From: an uncultured bacterium
GTDB taxonomy: Bacteria > Patescibacteriota > Minisyncoccia > Moranbacterales > UBA2206
Direction of reading: 5' to 3'
Assembly: GCA_903841185.1 (NCBI GenBank)
Contig: CAIMIV010000070.1
Span: 2,984 to 66,983 of the forward strand
Length of the DNA stretch: 64,000 nucleotides
Shown: in pieces, positions 60,323 to 64,000 of the stretch
How positions within the stretch are numbered: position 1 is the first letter of the stretch
Layout: each line of letters opens with the position of its first letter
Translations under genes and position numbers: made by a program
The notes under the pieces: model-generated
What the model was told of the DNA's origin: nothing
What the model saw: only the letters and a program-made list of their open reading frames with translations
The model's database searches: none

Positions 60323-60850
60323 TCATCCTATTTCAATCTTCCCCACTCGAACAAGATGCCTGCCTCCTTCGAATGGAGTTTCCAAAAATGTCTTCAGAAA
60401 CAACAAGGCTTGATCCAAACTGATCTGTCTGCCTGCCAGCACCAGCACATTGGCATCATTGTGCTTTCGCGAGAGAACAACATCTTCCACGGTGTGGCAA
60501 AGTGCCGCCCTGATTCCGGCATGCCGATTCAAAGCCATTGACATTCCGATACCACTACCACAAATAGCCACGCCCATTGCACCCTTTTCTGCGATATGGC
60601 AAGGTATGGTTTTGATTCCGGCATGTCGATTCAAAGCCATTGACATTCCAATCCCGCTACTACAAGTGGCAATGCCCATCACATTATTTTTCAAAATCCG
60701 GTCAGCCAACCTATGAGCAAAATCAGGATAATCACAGGATGCTTCAGCATAACACCCCAGGTCTATAAATAACTCCCTCCCCTTGATAATATCTGCAATA
60801 ATTCCAGTTTTCAGTCCAAAGCCTGCATGATCAGATGCTAAATAAAGCAT
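60323..60850 (-). CDS. rpiB: Ribose-5-phosphate isomerase B (RpiB/LacAB family) with internal 34-residue tandem duplication
   Basis: MLYLASDHAGFGLK..DYPDF..CSSGIGMSMALNRHAGI..CGSGIGMSMALNRHAGIRAALCH..NDANVL. The catalytic-Cys loop appears twice. Confidence 0.75.
   Translation of the reverse strand: MLYLASDHAGFGLKTGIIADIIKGRELFIDLGCYAEASCDYPDFAHRLADRILKNNVMGIATCSSGIGMSMALNRHAGIKTIPCHIAEKGAMGVAICGSGIGMSMALNRHAGIRAALCHTVEDVVLSRKHNDANVLVLAGRQISLDQALLFLKTFLETPFEGGRHLVRVGKIEIG
60511..60714 (-). repeat. In-frame 102-nt tandem duplication inside rpiB
   Basis: Copies begin at about 60511 and 60613. The first 50 nt are about 94% identical and the remainder has diverged. Confidence 0.7.
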
Positions 60851-61152
60851 AGCTACCTCCTTTTCATAGATCTTGTTTATAATTGAGACGACAATGAGTC
60901 ACACCACACCCGTTTTGAAGATATGCTGAAATTTTTCAAGCCTCCCTCAGCACACCACGTGCCATTATTTTTTTATTCAATTTTAAAGAGAACTATTGAA
61001 ATTGAAGGATAGCAAATAGCGGTGCCTTTGTAAATAGTTCTGCCCCCCAAGTTCAAGAAATAATCGCATACAAAAAAGCGCCGTACCCGTAGGTCGTGCG
61101 CTGATACTTTTTCCACCAAAGCGGATTTCCGCTAAGGAGTGATTGTTTTTTG

Positions 61153-61416
61153 TTATAAAACAATCATGGAACCTGGATCTGGACCTTTATACCAGCAAAT
61201 GCGTCTAGCGCCTCCTCTGGCATAACTATCATCCAGCTTCTGCATTTCCTCCAGGTTTTCACAAACAATCATTCTTTCACCAAGACCCTGATCATATCCG
61301 CAGATTACCCTCTCGTCTTTTCCGAGAATTGGCATAGCGGTAGGCCTCCCATGGAGCTTCAGTGACTCCAGTAATTCAACTCCGAACAGCTCTTTTTTCT
61401 TGCCAAGTTCTTTCAT
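61153..61416 (-). CDS. Hypothetical small protein
   Basis: 87 aa. RBS AGGAGG. No family recognised. Confidence 0.35.
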   Translation of the reverse strand: MKELGKKKELFGVELLESLKLHGRPTAMPILGKDERVICGYDQGLGERMIVCENLEEMQKLDDSYARGGARRICWYKGPDPGSMIVL

Positions 61417-61885
61417 TAGTTGTTACCTCCTGGTTTGTTGTTTGACTACTCATTCCAATTTCAGGACTTTATATCCCAGCATAAAGTCTCCAATTTATTC
61501 CTCCCATGAATTTTTTTAGTATTTTATTTTCACAAACTGACAGCCGAATAATCCAAAAATTTCAATTATTCAACTGCCAGTTCGTGCTTTATTTTTTAAT
61601 GAACCCAATAGAACATCTTAGCACAAAATTTTGAAGAAGTCAAGCTATTCAAACAAAAAATAGCTTTATAAAGCCATTTATTAATTGATAATCCGGAATA
61701 TTTTTAAGTTTGTTTAAAAAATAATCCTTTATGAAAACTAGCGCGAGCAATTTCAAAATCTTTTTGAAATACTTTGGGAGAGTGGCACAGATATCAAAAC
61801 AACAAGAAAAACACGAACTAAAAAATAGGCTTGAACTGCAATTCGAGGTGACGAAAAACAAAGATTGAATAAGCCTTATTTTTAA

Positions 61886-61931
61886 ATTTAAAAAATGAAA
61901 GGCTCATAGACGTTATGTCCATGAGCCTTTT
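61886..61931 (-). terminator. Intrinsic terminator downstream of purD
   Basis: GGCTCATAGAC..GTCCATGAGCC hairpin. The T-run is on the minus strand. Confidence 0.5.
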
Positions 61932-61961
61932 CCAATACTACGTTGAGATTGGTCGGTGATG

Positions 61962-63239
61962 CTATTTTTTGATAGCGTGATTTGCGATATCATCCCTGTA
62001 GAAAAGCCCATCATGCCTGATTCCTGATACTGCCTGGTAGGCCGCATGTTGAGCCTCAACAAATGTCTCTCCCAGGGCAGTAACTCCCAAAACCCTGCCA
62101 CCCGACGACACCAATTCACCTTGTTCATTTAAGGCGGTTCCGGCGTGATATACCTTTGCTCCGGCTTGTTCCACTTCATCGATGCCCTCTATGTAAAGGC
62201 TTTTTCGATATGATCCAGGATAACCATTGGCGGCCATCACGACGCAAACTGCCTTGCGAGGATCCCAATCAATTTGGCATTTATCCAGCTCTCCCTTCAG
62301 TGCGGCCAAAAGAATAGGGACCAGGTCGGATTTCATCCTCATCATGAGAGGTTGTGTTTCAGGATCTCCCATCCTGACATTGAATTCAAGCACTTTTGGA
62401 TTTCCATCCCGGTCAATCATAAGACCAGCATACAAAAATCCTGTGAACGGCCTTCCCTCTTTGATCATTGCGTCCACTGTCGGATAAATGATTTCATTGA
62501 GAACTCGCCGCTCTATTTCAGCGGTAACAACGGGAGCCGGAGAGTATGCACCCATGCCACCGGTATTCAAACCGGTGTCGTCATTTCCGACCCGTTTATG
62601 GTCCTGCGATGATGCGAGCGGAAGGACATGGCCGTTCTCATCCACGAGAACGATATATGACGCTTCTTCACCGCGGAGAAATTCCTCGATAATAATGCAT
62701 TCGCCGGCATCACCAAACTTACGCGCAACCATGATTTCCTGGATTGCCGAAATGGCATCAGCAAGGTTTTCGCAGATGAATACGCCTTTCCCCGCAGCCA
62801 GACCATTGGCCTTGATAACCACAGGAAAGTCTTGATCCACCACATATTTTTCTGCGGAAGTTGGATCATAAAACCGTTTGTATCCTGCCGTAGGGATATC
62901 ATATTTCTCAAGCAAGGCCTTCGTGAATAGCTTTGATCCCTCCAATATGGCAGCTCCTTTGCTTGGCCCGAAAATTGCCAAACCGTTCTCCTTGAACACG
63001 TCAACAATTCCCATCGTAAGCGGATCCTCCGGACCCACGATTGTAAGGTCAATGCATTCCTGTTTCGCAAACTCCAAGAGTCCCGGAATATCATTCACGG
63101 GAATCTTCACATTAGTCGCATACGCAGATGTTCCCGCATTACCAGGGGCGCAGAATACTTTTTTAACGAGAGGTGATTCGAAAATTTTCCTTACCAGCGC
63201 AGCCTCTCTCCCACCATTTCCAACTATTAAAACCTTCAT
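61962..63239 (-). CDS. purD: Phosphoribosylamine--glycine ligase
   Basis: MKVLIVGNGGREAALV start with RBS AAGGGGG; ATP-grasp core. The ORF extends to 63281 but the RBS supports 63239. Confidence 0.9.
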   Translation of the reverse strand: MKVLIVGNGGREAALVRKIFESPLVKKVFCAPGNAGTSAYATNVKIPVNDIPGLLEFAKQECIDLTIVGPEDPLTMGIVDVFKENGLAIFGPSKGAAILEGSKLFTKALLEKYDIPTAGYKRFYDPTSAEKYVVDQDFPVVIKANGLAAGKGVFICENLADAISAIQEIMVARKFGDAGECIIIEEFLRGEEASYIVLVDENGHVLPLASSQDHKRVGNDDTGLNTGGMGAYSPAPVVTAEIERRVLNEIIYPTVDAMIKEGRPFTGFLYAGLMIDRDGNPKVLEFNVRMGDPETQPLMMRMKSDLVPILLAALKGELDKCQIDWDPRKAVCVVMAANGYPGSYRKSLYIEGIDEVEQAGAKVYHAGTALNEQGELVSSGGRVLGVTALGETFVEAQHAAYQAVSGIRHDGLFYRDDIANHAIKK

Positions 63240-63538
63240 AGGACCCCCTTTTTTTGAATGTTGTACTCCCTTATTACACACCGATAGTCATGGAATCAAA
63301 AGCCCTCTATTCATATTCCGTTTTTTTCATCCCCCCTTTTTTTTAACTAATAGTTGCATTTACCTGCAAAATTTCACAGCGTTAAACTACGCATCCAAAA
63401 TTTCAATTTTCATTCTATTTTTAAGGTCCCGACTGCCTAAGAAAGCAGTTTCTTATAATACCAGGTCTTACATATTTATGCAATATAACACATCGCGTGT
63501 GCGATAATCTTTAAAATTATGTTTTTCAAAAATAAAAA

Positions 63539-63568
63539 GAGTGGCGATGCACATGTGCATCGCCACTC
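63539..63568 (-). terminator. Strong intrinsic terminator
   Basis: GAGTGGCGATGCACA/TGTGCATCGCCACTC perfect 15-bp palindrome, followed on the minus strand by CTTTTTATTTTT. Confidence 0.65.
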
Positions 63569-63587
63569 CGATGGAAACTATGCTCCA

Positions 63588-63695
63588 TCACTTCTTGATT
63601 GGCTTTCCTGCTTTGATTTTCTTCACCGATTTAATCAGCTTAACCGGTTTAGAATCCTGTTGAATGCCGGCAGAGCCTGTGTTTGCTCCAGACAT
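63588..63695 (-). CDS. Small Lys-rich protein (35 aa)
   Basis: RBS AAAGGGGGTGAG. MSGANTGSAGIQQDSKPVKLIKSVKKIKAGKPIKK. Sits between the upstream ORF and the terminator. Confidence 0.3.
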   Translation of the reverse strand: MSGANTGSAGIQQDSKPVKLIKSVKKIKAGKPIKK

Positions 63696-63699
63696 ATTC

Positions 63700-64000
63700 T
63701 CACCCCCTTTCTTCCAATGCTTGAATTTGCTTAAAAATGAAATTCTCCTCTTGCAACAGCTTTTTGGAAAAATTATCTTTCCATTGAGCAACACCCTTTT
63801 TGTACAGCAATCTAAATGAACTTGCGGTATCCACCTTCCCTATTGTATACTTTTCCAAATTCTCATCGTATCGTGAAATGCCCTTGGTCAATTCCTCCAG
63901 TGTATATGCAATGGAATACGGCACGCGATAACAGGTGTCAGCATCCAGTAGGAATGTTTCGGCGGGACTAACCGACTGCGGATAATAGATCACCCGCACT
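63700..64000 (-). CDS. Hypothetical protein, N-terminally truncated by the window edge
   Basis: The ORF runs off the end of the window. No family recognised. Confidence 0.3.
   Translation of the reverse strand, partial: VRVIYYPQSVSPAETFLLDADTCYRVPYSIAYTLEELTKGISRYDENLEKYTIGKVDTASSFRLLYKKGVAQWKDNFSKKLLQEENFIFKQIQALEERG

Noticed and set aside
61649-61861. 70-aa low-complexity ORF in the AT-rich spacer upstream of the purD terminator
   Set aside because: Poly-Ser/Phe/Cys low complexity and no RBS. Likely non-coding AT-rich intergenic DNA.
63240-63538. Purine or ZTP riboswitch in the purD leader
   Set aside because: I could not find the conserved purine-riboswitch (UUUCUACC/CCGUAAAU) or ZTP (CCGGG..CGCCUGGGC) cores by eye. 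The leader is kept only as a structured-leader finding.
1-64000. tRNA/rRNA genes
   Set aside because: No GTTCGAATCC-type T-arm cores or rRNA-like conserved stretches were seen in any intergenic region.

Overview
Bacterial chromosomal segment, about 45% GC with AT-rich islands, densely coded and mostly on the minus strand. Strong GGAGG-type ribosome-binding sites and many intrinsic terminators suggest a Gram-positive or uncultured lineage; taxonomy cannot be fixed from sequence alone. The window holds, in order: (1) a cell-envelope glycosylation cluster (GT2, GT4, DedA, a second GT2, nucleotide-sugar dehydrogenase, LmbE-like deacetylase, hexapeptide-repeat protein); (2) a secreted Thr-Pro-linker surface protein with a Cna-B-like domain and a non-canonical C-terminal sorting signal, followed by a membrane-anchored sortase carrying thrombospondin-type-3 Ca-binding repeats; (3) a low-GC mobile remnant in which a full and an internally deleted AntA-domain antirepressor gene flank a kanamycin-nucleotidyltransferase-like gene; (4) a metal-responsive ArsR-CDF-thioredoxin-like-permease operon with a perfect 30-bp palindromic operator; (5) an NAD salvage and biosynthesis neighbourhood (nadK-nadE, pncB, nadD, pncA-like nicotinamidase, NrtR-type Nudix regulator) marked by a recurring 21-bp palindrome and structured leaders, with a kinase / PP2C phosphatase / vWA triad (TerY-P-type) embedded in it and two paralogous roughly 50-aa orphan proteins; (6) a purine and pentose-phosphate cluster (single-chain purL, divergent PurN-like formyltransferase, FBPase/IMPase-fold phosphatase, Rpe-family epimerase, RpiB with an internal 34-codon tandem duplication, purD). 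Also present: a phage Mu Gam-like protein, a TrmB regulator, an M3 oligoendopeptidase, a PIF1-like helicase and many small membrane stress proteins. No rRNA, tRNA or CRISPR was found.
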